A stretch of 43,451 nucleotides of DNA from a virus (lineage: Duplodnaviria; Caudoviricetes). Both the position numbers and the translations under genes were made by a program. A model generated the notes under the pieces. The model was not told the DNA's origin. It was given only the letters and a program-made list of their open reading frames with translations, and did no database searches. Every line of letters starts with the position of its first letter. Positions within the stretch are counted from its first letter, which is position 1. Shown here piece after piece: positions 1-8,223 of this stretch. The stretch is taken from positions 1-43,451 of the IMG/VR virus record IMGVR_UViG_3300048849_000035; one strand, written 5' to 3'.

Positions 1-283
1 GGGCCAGCGCCGGCTGCTCGCACAGCACACGTTCCAGGCTGCGGCGCAGCAGGGTGGCGGGCAGGTCGGAATGGTCCATCCGGTCCGCCACGCGGCTGGC
101 CAGGGCCGATTCCAGCGTCTCGTGCTGAAGCAGCGCCGCGTGCATGAAGCCCGCCAGCTCCGGCTCCCGCCGTGCCGCGTCCTCGGCCTCCCGACGGATG
201 CGGGACCAGACCGGGTCCAGCCCTGCCATGCCGGAGGCCGGAATCTCGGGGTCGGGGCGGTGGGTGGCGTGCTGGGTCATCAT
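1..283 (-). CDS. cysE: Host serine O-acetyltransferase, 5' part (runs off the left edge)
   Basis: Manual translation from ATG 283: MMTQHATHRPDPEIPASGMAGLDPVWSRIRREAEDAARREPELAGFMHAALLQHETLESALASRVADRM..., matching the SATase N-terminal domain pattern; GAGAGG upstream on the minus strand. Confidence 0.85.
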   Translation of the reverse strand, partial: MMTQHATHRPDPEIPASGMAGLDPVWSRIRREAEDAARREPELAGFMHAALLQHETLESALASRVADRMDHSDLPATLLRRSLERVLCEQPALA

Positions 284-434
284 AGCGGCCTCTCGGGCGG
301 ATCGGGCGTATATGGCCCGGCGGAGGGTCGCTGCCAGCATAACATGTGGCCCCGCCGACGCCACGTGGCGCGTTTAAGCGGCACAGGCTCTTGAAATCGG
401 GGCCAAAGGCTGGGAGAAGAGCGGCGCGCACCGT

Positions 435-472
435 GCGGGTGTGGTGGAATGGTAGACGCGGCGGACTCAAAA
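435..472 (+). tRNA. 5' half of host tRNA-Leu(CAA), interrupted by the prophage at attL
   Basis: GCGGGTG-TG-GTGGAATGGTAGACGC-G-GCGGA-CTCAAAA gives acceptor 5' strand, D arm, anticodon stem 5' strand and CAA loop; non-tRNA sequence follows. Pairs perfectly with 43056-43103. Confidence 0.95.
462..472 (+). repeat. attL core CGGACTCAAAA
   Basis: Identical 11-mer at 43045-43055; includes the 7-nt anticodon loop. Confidence 0.95.
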
Positions 473-485
473 GCTTCTTCAATTA

Positions 486-501
486 TCTCCCTTCGGGGAG
501 A
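486..501. promoter_or_regulatory. Palindrome TCTCCC-TTCG-GGGAGA (CTCC-N6-GGAG candidate operator or hairpin)
   Basis: Perfect inverted repeat 13 bp inside attL; same core at 651, 3418, 37028, 38205, 41223. Confidence 0.55.
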
Positions 502-593
502 AGTTCCCCACACGGCGCTAAATCCCTGGTTTTCCTTGTGATTTTCCAAGGACTTCCGGGCTAGCGCACCAAACCCCCCGACAATCGGATTTC

Positions 594-647
594 TGAGACA
601 CGCGGCCTTGAGACAAAGGCCCGTGTCATCGGCTCCGCATGTCTCAA
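594..647. repeat. TGAGACA/TGTCTCA motif cluster, candidate integrase arm-type sites
   Basis: TGAGACA 594-600, TTGAGACA 608-615, TGTCTCAA 640-647; matching cluster at 42885-42928 on the other side of attP. Confidence 0.55.
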
Positions 648-675
648 TCTCTCCCAATCAGGAGCTTTCCCTCAG

Positions 676-3414
676 ATGGAAACGATGACGCAGGCTGCCC
701 GCCTCCAGGCCCAGATCGACGGCGCGGTGCAGGGACTCGGGAACCACTCCCCGGAACTGATCGAGCGCCAGCTGAAGCTGGAGGGTGAGATGCGTGAGGC
801 TGCCGTGGACCGCGCCCAGCGGATCATCGACGCCGCCAAGCAGAGCGGCCAGGGCGCCGACCTCAAGGCCAACCGGCGGCTCACCTCGGCCTTCGTGGAG
901 ACCCTCGCCAAGAAGATCGAGGAGACCCTGGCCCACCAGAACGCCAAGGGCGGCCGCAGCATGTCCTCGCTGCCCTACCTGACCACCCTGCCGCCCACCT
1001 CCATCGCCTACCTGACCATCCGGGGCGTGCTGGACGCCATCCACGAGAACCCGCTGGTCCAGCAGGTCGCCCGCGTGGTGGCCGACACCATCGAGACGGA
1101 GTTCCGCGCCGGGCTGCTGGAGGCCGCCGACGAGGCCGCCTACAAGGCGATGATGGCCAAGATGCTGGCCCGGTCCCGCGTGCATACCAAGCACGCCGCC
1201 CGCCGCATCGACGCGGGTCTGAAGCACATCAAGCAGGTTGAGGCACACTGGCCCGCGCAGGAGAAGCTCCACCTGGGGATGCTCCTGATCGGCATGGTGG
1301 TCGAAGCCACGGGGCTGATCGAGATCCGCCGGGTCAAGCGCGGGGTCAACGACACCCCCAGCTGCCTCTTCCCGACCGCCGAGACGCTCGACTGGATGCG
1401 CTCCGAGGAGGGCCGCGAGCTTCTCTCCTACCCCGTGACGTGGCCCATGCTGCTGCCGCCGCGCTCCTGGCTGGACGAGGACGGCGGCTCCTACCTGTCG
1501 GGCAAGCCGCGCCTGCGCATGGTGAAGACGCACCTCAAGGGCTATCTGGAGGAGCTTGAGAACCTCGACCTCGACAAGGTGAAGCGCGCCCTGGATGCCG
1601 CCGCCCGCACCGGCTGGCGCGTCCAGAAGGACGTCTACGGGGTGTTCAAGGAGGTCTTCGAGCGCGGCCTGGATGTCGCTGGGCTGCCCAACGTGGACCT
1701 GATCCACTTCCCGGCGCGGCCCGAGGGTCTCGACAAGGACCACCCGGAGATCATCCGCTGGCGCATGGTCACGGCTCGCGCCCATGAGGCACGCAGCGCG
1801 GCGGTAGGCAAGGTGCGCGCCTCGGCGTCGGTCTTCGCCCTGGCCACCCGCTTCCTGAATGACACCTTCTTCTACCCGTACCAGATGGACTTCCGTGGCC
1901 GCCTGTATCCCGGCTGCCCGCACCTGTCCCCGCAGGGCAGCGACCTGTCCAAGGCCCTGCTGACCTTCGCGGAGGGCAAGCCGATCATCACCGAGGGCGC
2001 CCGCCGCTGGCTCGCCATCCATGTCGCCAACACCTGGGGCATGGACAAGGAGAGCCTCGACGACCGCGTGCGCTGGACCGAGGAGAACACGCCCCTGATC
2101 GTTGCGAGCGCGGAAGATCCCCTCGGGAACCTCTGGTGGGCCGACGCCGACAAGGGCAGCAAGCCCTGGCAGATGCTGGCCGCCTGCTTCGAGTGGGCTG
2201 GCTTCATCAAGAAGGGCTGGGGCTACGTCTCCTCCATCCCCATCGGCATGGACGCCACGGCCTCGGGCATCCAGCACTTCTCGGCCATGAAGCGCGACCC
2301 CAAGGGCGGCGCCCTGGTCAACCTCGTGCCCACCCCGAAGCCCTCCGACGCCTATGCGGCGGTGGCCGTGGTCGTGACGCGCAAGCTGGAGGAGATCCTG
2401 CTGGAGACCGTGGACACCCTGCCCGACGCCGTGAAGGCGAAGGTGCTGGCCCGCCAGAAGGCCGCCGAGGAGGCTGCTGAGAAGGCCGCTGAGGCCGCCG
2501 ACGACGCGCTGGAGATGGAGCCGCAGGAGACCAAGAAGACCGGCCCCATGACGCTGGAGGAGGCGCTGAAGGAGCGCCAGGACATGGCCCGCGCGTGGCT
2601 GGCCTTCATCGTCAAGCGCTCCACGACCAAGCGGCCTGTGATGGTCCTGCCATACGGGGGCACCCTCAGCAGCTGCCGCGACTACGTCAAGGCGGACGTG
2701 GCGGAGCGTCTGGCGCGCGGCGAGGCCAACACCTTCCTGCCCTACCTCGACCTGCCCGCCCCGGCGGAGGACGAAGACCCTGGCGAGGCTGTGCGTCGCA
2801 CCGCCGTGGCCGCCTGGAAGGCTTCCGGGTTCCTCGCGCCCATCGTCTGGGCCTCCATCAAGGAGACCGTGGAGGGCGCCCGCACCGTCATGGACTGGCT
2901 CCAGTCGGCTGCCTCCCAGGCGGCCAACGAGGGTCTGCCCATCGTCTGGACCACCCCGGATGGCTTCGTGGTGAACCAGGCCTACCCGGACTTCTCCACC
3001 CGCCGCGTCAAGACCCGCCTCTGCGGCTCCCTGGTGTTCATCACCATGGCCGAGAACGACGAGACGGCCCTGTCCAAGAGCCGTCAGCGCAACGGCATCG
3101 TGCCGAACCTCGTCCACTCCATGGATGGGTGTCAGGCCCGCATGGGCGTGCTGCGGGCGGTGGACATGGGCGTGTCGTCCTTCGCCCTGATCCATGACAG
3201 CTTCGGCACCGTGGCCGCCGACTGCGAGGCGCTGGGCGTGGCGATGCGGCAGGCCTTCGTGGACCTCTACACCGGCTACTGCCCGCTGAAGGCGCTCGAC
3301 AAGAGCATCCGCGAGGTTCTGTCGGAGAAGCTCCAGGCCAAGCTGAAGGAGATCCCCGAGCAGGAAGACTTGGATCTGTCCCTGGTCCTCGCCTCGCCCT
3401 ATTTCATTTCATAA
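676..3414 (+). CDS. T7-like single-subunit RNA polymerase (gp1)
   Basis: Motifs DFRGRLYP, DATASGIQH (A), RSTTKRPVMVLPYG (B), IHDSFGT (C); AGGAG SD at 660-664. Confidence 0.98.
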   Translation: METMTQAARLQAQIDGAVQGLGNHSPELIERQLKLEGEMREAAVDRAQRIIDAAKQSGQGADLKANRRLTSAFVETLAKKIEETLAHQNAKGGRSMSSLPYLTTLPPTSIAYLTIRGVLDAIHENPLVQQVARVVADTIETEFRAGLLEAADEAAYKAMMAKMLARSRVHTKHAARRIDAGLKHIKQVEAHWPAQEKLHLGMLLIGMVVEATGLIEIRRVKRGVNDTPSCLFPTAETLDWMRSEEGRELLSYPVTWPMLLPPRSWLDEDGGSYLSGKPRLRMVKTHLKGYLEELENLDLDKVKRALDAAARTGWRVQKDVYGVFKEVFERGLDVAGLPNVDLIHFPARPEGLDKDHPEIIRWRMVTARAHEARSAAVGKVRASASVFALATRFLNDTFFYPYQMDFRGRLYPGCPHLSPQGSDLSKALLTFAEGKPIITEGARRWLAIHVANTWGMDKESLDDRVRWTEENTPLIVASAEDPLGNLWWADADKGSKPWQMLAACFEWAGFIKKGWGYVSSIPIGMDATASGIQHFSAMKRDPKGGALVNLVPTPKPSDAYAAVAVVVTRKLEEILLETVDTLPDAVKAKVLARQKAAEEAAEKAAEAADDALEMEPQETKKTGPMTLEEALKERQDMARAWLAFIVKRSTTKRPVMVLPYGGTLSSCRDYVKADVAERLARGEANTFLPYLDLPAPAEDEDPGEAVRRTAVAAWKASGFLAPIVWASIKETVEGARTVMDWLQSAASQAANEGLPIVWTTPDGFVVNQAYPDFSTRRVKTRLCGSLVFITMAENDETALSKSRQRNGIVPNLVHSMDGCQARMGVLRAVDMGVSSFALIHDSFGTVAADCEALGVAMRQAFVDLYTGYCPLKALDKSIREVLSEKLQAKLKEIPEQEDLDLSLVLASPYFIS

Positions 3415-3470
3415 TCTCTCCTTTAAGGGAGAGTTCCCCTGTAAGGATATGTCAAGAGCGTGAGCGGGGC

Positions 3471-3690
3471 GAGGTTAGGTTGCACCAGTTGAGAAGACCT
3501 CCGGGTCTCCTCGGCTGGCCCGCCTCCCACGAGGTTAGGTTGCACCACTTGAGAAGACCTCCGGGTCACCTCGGGCCACCTGCCGTGAGGTTAGGTTGCA
3601 CCAGTTGAGGAAGACGCTCCGACGTCCACCCTCCGCATCCTGCCAGTTAGGTTGCACCAGTTGAGGAAGACCCTCCGCCTCCTGCGGTCC
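3471..3690 (+). promoter_or_regulatory. Four tandem phage-RNAP promoters, each followed by a hairpin; likely replication-origin region
   Basis: GTTAGGTTGCACCASTTGAG at 3474, 3534, 3590, 3646 (periods 60, 56, 56); same core at 7684, 18023, 35699; position matches T7 phi1.1A/B and the primary origin. Confidence 0.8.
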
Positions 3691-3804
3691 CATGAGGGGA
3701 TGATAGGGGAGCTTTAAGATGCCCTTGTAGGTGCCTCTTAGGTTTCCCTGCTTCCTACTCCTTCCTGTCCTCACCTTTAACCTTTCCATCTGAAGGGAAC
3801 CTTC

Positions 3805-3978
3805 ATGCCCAAGTCTCGCAAGCCGTCCATCACCATCCGTGCTGGCGCTTCCGGCTACACCGTCGCCACCGCCGATGGTGGTGTCGCTGACCTCCGCAAC
3901 GCGGACATGCACAACATGACCCGCCGCTTCATCCGTCGTGGGGTCGAGATCCAGCACGCCGCCCGCAAGGCGCGCTGA
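3805..3978 (+). CDS. Hypothetical protein, 57 aa
   Basis: MPKSRKPSITIRAGASG...AARKAR; AAGGGA SD; phage-like codon usage. Confidence 0.7.
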   Translation: MPKSRKPSITIRAGASGYTVATADGGVADLRNADMHNMTRRFIRRGVEIQHAARKAR

Positions 3979-4040
3979 TGCTGGGCGCCTTCCTGCTGCT
4001 CCTGATCCTTTTCCTCCTGAACGACGGGGTCGAAGACTGA
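3978..4040 (+). CDS. Putative 20-aa hydrophobic micropeptide
   Basis: TGATG coupling; MLGAFLLLLILFLLNDGVED fills the gap exactly. Confidence 0.45.
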   Translation: MLGAFLLLLILFLLNDGVED

Positions 4041-4042
4041 CC

Positions 4043-4303
4043 ATGAAGCTGAACCGCGATCTGCTGAACACCGTGCCGCTGCGGAAGGCGGCCAACGCCT
4101 GCGTGGCGGTGGTCGATGCCATCCAAGACTTCCCCAAGGAGGTCCAGGCCGTGGCCATCGCAGCCACCTTCGTCCTCCTGGCGGAGCGCTTCGGCCTCCC
4201 CGCCCAGGATCTGATGACGGTCACCAGCAACGTCATGAACCACGCCGAGGGCCGCCGGGCTGAGTTCCAGGCTGTCTCCCGCTACCTGAAGACGGAGGTC
4301 TAA
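4043..4303 (+). CDS. Hypothetical protein, 86 aa
   Basis: MKLNRDLLNTVP...YLKTEV; ATG 4043 preferred over the ORF-track start 3938. Confidence 0.75.
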   Translation: MKLNRDLLNTVPLRKAANACVAVVDAIQDFPKEVQAVAIAATFVLLAERFGLPAQDLMTVTSNVMNHAEGRRAEFQAVSRYLKTEV

Positions 4304-4309
4304 GACCCG

Positions 4310-4534
4310 ATGCCGAACATCGCCCCGCCGCCGACCGCCGCTCCCGCTGGCCTGAAGCGCCGCACGGTCTTCGAGATCGCCCACCCCTCCATGCTCCATG
4401 TGGGCGTCGAGCTTTCCCAGGATGGCAAGGCCGTCGAGATGGACACCCAGATGGGCACCCTGGCCATCTCGGTGGACCGGGTGGACGCCCTGATCCACGC
4501 CCTGCGGGTGCTGAAGGAGGAGGCGGGCGAATGA
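4310..4534 (+). CDS. Hypothetical protein, 74 aa
   Basis: GGAGG SD; tight operon packing. Confidence 0.7.
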   Translation: MPNIAPPPTAAPAGLKRRTVFEIAHPSMLHVGVELSQDGKAVEMDTQMGTLAISVDRVDALIHALRVLKEEAGE

Positions 4535-4704
4535 TCCCGATCCCCGTCATCCCGCCCAAGGAGATCCTCCTGGCGCTCCTTCAGGACGCCAAGGATGCTG
4601 CGAAGGAGCGCCTGGAGCACGCCCTGTGGCGCCTCGACCGGGCCACCAACTACCGCAGCATGCGCCTCTACAAGCTCCGCCTCCGTCTGCTGGGAGCGCG
4701 CTGA
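4531..4704 (+). CDS. Hypothetical protein, 57 aa
   Basis: ATGA overlap, GGAGG SD; MIPIPVIPPKEILL...LLGAR. Confidence 0.65.
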   Translation: MIPIPVIPPKEILLALLQDAKDAAKERLEHALWRLDRATNYRSMRLYKLRLRLLGAR

Positions 4705-4708
4705 CACC

Positions 4709-4828
4709 ATGCTTCGTCTTGCGATGGAACTGATCCGCCAGGGGCTTCCGCTCCCGGTGGACGTACACGCACGTCTGGTGGCCAAGGGCTACGACGTGGA
4801 AACCCTGGTGCGGAAGCACTCCCCCTAA
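4709..4828 (+). CDS. Hypothetical protein, 39 aa
   Basis: MLRLAMELIRQGLPLPVDVHARLVAKGYDVETLVRKHSP; GGGAG upstream. Confidence 0.6.
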   Translation: MLRLAMELIRQGLPLPVDVHARLVAKGYDVETLVRKHSP

Positions 4829-4916
4829 GCAACCCCTCGGGCGCCCTAGCTGCGCCTGAACCTCTCCTCAATCGGGACCGCTCCGCAAGCGGCCCTTTCT
4901 CTACGAAGGAACAACC

Positions 4917-5618
4917 ATGGCCACCATCACCACCCCGCGCGGCGTCTTCGTTTGGCCGAAGCTGAACGCCCCGGATTTCAAGTTCAACTCCGCTGGCGCC
5001 TTCCAGTGCAAGCTGCGGCTCGTCAAGGACAAGGCCCAGGGCCTGATCGACAAGCTCCAGCCGCTGCATGATCAGGCGGTCGAGGACGCCAAGGCCAAGA
5101 TGGCCGAGATGAAGCCTGCCGACCGCAAGAAGGCGGAGCAGAAGTGGCAGGTCCACCCGCTCTATCAGGACGTGCTGGACGAGGAAGGCGACGAGACCGG
5201 CGAGGTCGAGTTCAACTTCAAGATGACCCACTCGGGCACCTCGAAGAAGACCGGCAAGCCCTGGAAGCGCGTCCCCAAGGTGTTCGACGCCAAGGGCAAC
5301 GAGGTCAAGCTGTTCGACAAGAACCGCGAGCCGCTGCGCAACGCCCCGCAGATCTGGGGCGGCACCGAGGGCCGCATCTCGTTCGAGGCCTCGCCCTTCT
5401 ACATGCCCGCCACGGGCTGCGGCCTGAGCCTGCGCCTGGAGGGCGTCCAGATCATCGTCCTGCGTAGCGGCGGCGGCAAGTCGGCCAGCGAGATGGGCTT
5501 CGGCCGCGAGGAAGACGACGATGGCTTCGACGCCAACGAGCAGTCCTACTCCGCCGACGAGGACGGCGAGGGCGGCTCCAGCGGCGGCTCCTCGGATGAC
5601 GATGACACCGACTTCTAA
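4917..5618 (+). CDS. Single-stranded DNA-binding protein (gp2.5-like)
   Basis: TTPRG..WPKL..PD, IWGGTEG, SLRLEGVQII; acidic tail ending in Phe; synteny. Confidence 0.93.
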   Translation: MATITTPRGVFVWPKLNAPDFKFNSAGAFQCKLRLVKDKAQGLIDKLQPLHDQAVEDAKAKMAEMKPADRKKAEQKWQVHPLYQDVLDEEGDETGEVEFNFKMTHSGTSKKTGKPWKRVPKVFDAKGNEVKLFDKNREPLRNAPQIWGGTEGRISFEASPFYMPATGCGLSLRLEGVQIIVLRSGGGKSASEMGFGREEDDDGFDANEQSYSADEDGEGGSSGGSSDDDDTDF

Positions 5619-5641
5619 GCCGGGATCGCGGGCCGCCTGAC

Positions 5642-6058
5642 ATGGCCGCCCCGAAGGCTTCCAAGTTCGCGAAGGCTCTGGCCCTGGGCTACCGCTCAGG
5701 GCTGGAGGTCGCCGTCTCCAAGTTCCTCGACGAGCGTGGCATCCCCTACGAGTACGAGCAGCACACGCTGCCCTACACGCAGGAGCACACCTACACCCCC
5801 GACTTCTACCTGCCGAAGAAGACCGGCGGCTTCATGATCGTGGAGACGAAGGGCTACTTCGCCTCCGGTGATCGCGGGAAGATGCGGCGCATCAAGGCGC
5901 AGCACCCTGGCCTGGACATCCGCTTCGTGTTCAGCAAGCCGCAGAACCGCCTCGGCAAGCGATCCACGACCACCTACGCGATGTGGGCGGAGCAGCATGG
6001 GTTCCCCTGGGCTGCCGTGAAGATCCCCGAGGAGTGGCTGGCGGAGGTCGCGTCGTGA
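5642..6058 (+). CDS. Endonuclease I / Holliday junction resolvase (gp3-like)
   Basis: YRSGLE, YTPDF, VETKG, LDIRFVF motifs. Confidence 0.95.
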   Translation: MAAPKASKFAKALALGYRSGLEVAVSKFLDERGIPYEYEQHTLPYTQEHTYTPDFYLPKKTGGFMIVETKGYFASGDRGKMRRIKAQHPGLDIRFVFSKPQNRLGKRSTTTYAMWAEQHGFPWAAVKIPEEWLAEVAS

Positions 6059-6492
6059 GGCCGATCACCCAGCTGGTGGTCCATTGCTCCGCCACCCAGG
6101 CCAAGGCCGACGTGGGCGTGAAGGAGATCGACCGTTGGCACCGCCAGCGCGGCTTCCTGCGCATCGGCTACCACTTCGTCATCCGCCGCGACGGCACCCT
6201 GGAGACGGGGCGCCCGCTGGAACAGATCGGCGCGCACGTCTCTGGCCACAATAAAGAGTCCATCGGCATCTGTCTGGTGGGCGGTGTACAAGAAGACGGC
6301 AAGACCGCCGAGAACAACTTCACTTCGGAACAGTTCACGCAACTGGCTGCGTTACTGCGCAAGCTCCGCGAGGACTATCCGAATACCGAAATCCGCGGCC
6401 ACCGGGACTTCCCGCGCGTGGCCAAGGACTGCCCCAGCTTCGACGTGAAGACCTGGCTGGGCACCGTCAACATCAATCCCAAAGGAAACTGA
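6055..6492 (+). CDS. N-acetylmuramoyl-L-alanine amidase (gp3.5 lysozyme-like)
   Basis: GTGA overlap; VVHCSAT, IGYHFVIRRDG, GAHV.GHN, GHRDF, KDCPSF. Confidence 0.95.
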   Translation: MRPITQLVVHCSATQAKADVGVKEIDRWHRQRGFLRIGYHFVIRRDGTLETGRPLEQIGAHVSGHNKESIGICLVGGVQEDGKTAENNFTSEQFTQLAALLRKLREDYPNTEIRGHRDFPRVAKDCPSFDVKTWLGTVNINPKGN

Positions 6493-6495
6493 AAC

Positions 6496-7677
6496 ATCTC
6501 TCTGGCTCGCGTCGATATCACCACCCTGGGCGCCAAGCCCGGCCTGACTACCGATATCGGCCCCATCATCCAGCAGGTTCTTGACAGCGGCAAGTCGCCC
6601 TTCATCCCCGCTGGCGACTGGCGCCTCGGCTCCACGGTCGCATTCCGCTGCTCCAGCCAGCGCATCTACGGCGCAGGAAGCGGCCTCGGCGGCGGCACCG
6701 TGGTGCTGCTCAACCCGGCGGCCCCGTACGCCTCCAACATCACCATGATCGGCTCCTGGGGCACCTTCGGGGACGTCGGCGTGGAGGACATCCAGTTCCG
6801 CAACCCACGCACGGGCGCGGTGGACGGCAACGGCCATCCGATCTGGGCGCACCAAGGCGTCGTGATGAACTTTGAAGGCCCCCTGCATGCGCCGCAGATG
6901 ACCTTCTACGTCTCCAACGTCTACATGTGGGAGTGCTGGAACGGCATCCGCGCCGCGCACTTCAACTCGTCCGAGATCCGCAACGTCACCATGCAGGCGA
7001 TGGCGGGCGACTGGGGCATCTATGCCTACGGCGCCAGCGAGGCGGGACGCTGTGACCAGCTGAAGCTGTCCAACATCAACTACAGCGCCAACGACACGGC
7101 CCGCCTCTACAACCGGGGCACGGGCTACTGGATCGACGGCTTCGTCCACACCATCCAGTTCAACCGCGTCGTGGCGGTCACGCCCTACATCGGCTGGCAG
7201 TTCACCAACTCGCCCGGCCTCCCGGCGGGGCAGCAGCCCAACTTCCTGATCGGTGACGATCTGGAGGTGGACTTCCCGAAGTACCACGCGATCTACGCCA
7301 CCCATCTGGATGGCTTCTTCGTCACCAACCTCTACCTGCATGGCTCCCAGCAGGGCAGCGGCTTGGTGGTGGCCAACCCGAACATCGACATGGTCAAGCG
7401 CATCCGCGTCACGCAGGCCAAGATCACCGACCACGCGGGCGACAACGTGCGCCTGCTCTGCGACGATGCCGAGTTCCATTCGGTGGAAGCCACCGGCTGG
7501 ACGACTGGCGTGGCGGTCCTCGCCGGGACGCAACGCTTCTTCGCCGTGGGCGGAGAGTACGGCGGGCGCCGTGGCGTCAGCGCTCCCTGGGGCGTCTGGC
7601 GTGAGAACCCCGCCACCTGGGTGAGCCTCACCGCCGCCAAGTTGGACGGCCACCTGGGCGCCCACAACATCACCTGA
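6496..7677 (+). CDS. Pectate-lyase-like beta-helix protein (putative depolymerase); proposed ATC start
   Basis: Frame is open upstream of ORF-track start 6700 and encodes VDITTLGAKPG..TDIGPIIQQVLDSGKSPFIPAGDW, a typical beta-helix N-cap; AAGGA 6482-6486 then ATC 6496. Confidence 0.7.
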   Translation: MSLARVDITTLGAKPGLTTDIGPIIQQVLDSGKSPFIPAGDWRLGSTVAFRCSSQRIYGAGSGLGGGTVVLLNPAAPYASNITMIGSWGTFGDVGVEDIQFRNPRTGAVDGNGHPIWAHQGVVMNFEGPLHAPQMTFYVSNVYMWECWNGIRAAHFNSSEIRNVTMQAMAGDWGIYAYGASEAGRCDQLKLSNINYSANDTARLYNRGTGYWIDGFVHTIQFNRVVAVTPYIGWQFTNSPGLPAGQQPNFLIGDDLEVDFPKYHAIYATHLDGFFVTNLYLHGSQQGSGLVVANPNIDMVKRIRVTQAKITDHAGDNVRLLCDDAEFHSVEATGWTTGVAVLAGTQRFFAVGGEYGGRRGVSAPWGVWRENPATWVSLTAAKLDGHLGAHNIT

Positions 7678-7680
7678 CCG

Positions 7681-7703
7681 CCGGTTAGGTTGCACCAGTT
7701 GAG
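7681..7703 (+). promoter_or_regulatory. Phage RNAP promoter
   Basis: GGTTAGGTTGCACCAGTTGAG, identical to the array consensus; intergenic. Confidence 0.8.
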
Positions 7704-7724
7704 GAGCACGTAGCTCCCACCCTC

Positions 7725-7753
7725 AGCCTCCCAGGTTCGCCTGGGGGGCTTTT
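7725..7753 (+). terminator. Intrinsic terminator-like hairpin
   Basis: AGCCTCCCAGG-TTCG-CCTGGGGGGCT followed by a short T run. Confidence 0.6.
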
Positions 7754-7786
7754 CCTGTTTCCCCTTCCTCACACCGGAGATCCCTC

Positions 7787-8041
7787 ATGGCCCGTCGTAA
7801 CGGTCTGTCCCAGCTTGCCTTCCTGCGCCGCCATCTGGCCCAGGGCAACACGATCACCCGCCTCCAGGGCATGCACTACGGCATCGCCAACCTCACCGCC
7901 CGCATCGCTGACCTCCGCAACGAGGGCTGGCAGGTGGACTGCGAGTGGCGCCAGGACGCCGAGGGCGCCGAGTATGGCGTGTTCTCGCTGACCGCAAGCG
8001 AGCGCCCGATCATGCTCCGCGAGATCGCCCAGGCGGCCTGA
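7787..8041 (+). CDS. Small helix-turn-helix protein
   Basis: HLAQGNTITRLQG....IANLTARIADLRNEG pattern of phage HTH_39-like proteins; GGAGA SD. Confidence 0.8.
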   Translation: MARRNGLSQLAFLRRHLAQGNTITRLQGMHYGIANLTARIADLRNEGWQVDCEWRQDAEGAEYGVFSLTASERPIMLREIAQAA

Positions 8042-8049
8042 AGGTCACC

Positions 8050-8223
8050 GTGGAGGAAGACTTCGAGACCACGCTGTCAGTCGGCAGCGCGGTGGGTTTG
8101 GGTGTCGGCTCCGGTCGCCGCCCTCCCCGTCCCGAGTTCTGGATCGGCTTCCACGTCGCGGCTCCCGGCCCCTCCCGAGAGGACGGCTATGCGCCACCTA
8201 AGGCGCCCCGGAAGCGGCGTTGA
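8050..8223 (+). CDS. Hypothetical protein, 57 aa
   Basis: GTG start after GAAGG; stop overlaps the primase TTG start. Confidence 0.5.
   Translation: MEEDFETTLSVGSAVGLGVGSGRRPPRPEFWIGFHVAAPGPSREDGYAPPKAPRKRR

Noticed and set aside
71-657. ORF-track calls at the left edge
   Set aside because: They overlap cysE, the tRNA half and attL; no coding signal.
658-3195. Long minus-strand ORFs (also 15304-18378, 21672-23753, 24267-27569, 30488-32611 and others)
   Set aside because: Antisense shadows of GC-biased + strand genes; no recognisable motifs.
3471-3690. CRISPR array
   Set aside because: The repeat recurs singly at promoter positions (7684, 18023, 35699), the spacers resemble each other, and there are no cas genes.
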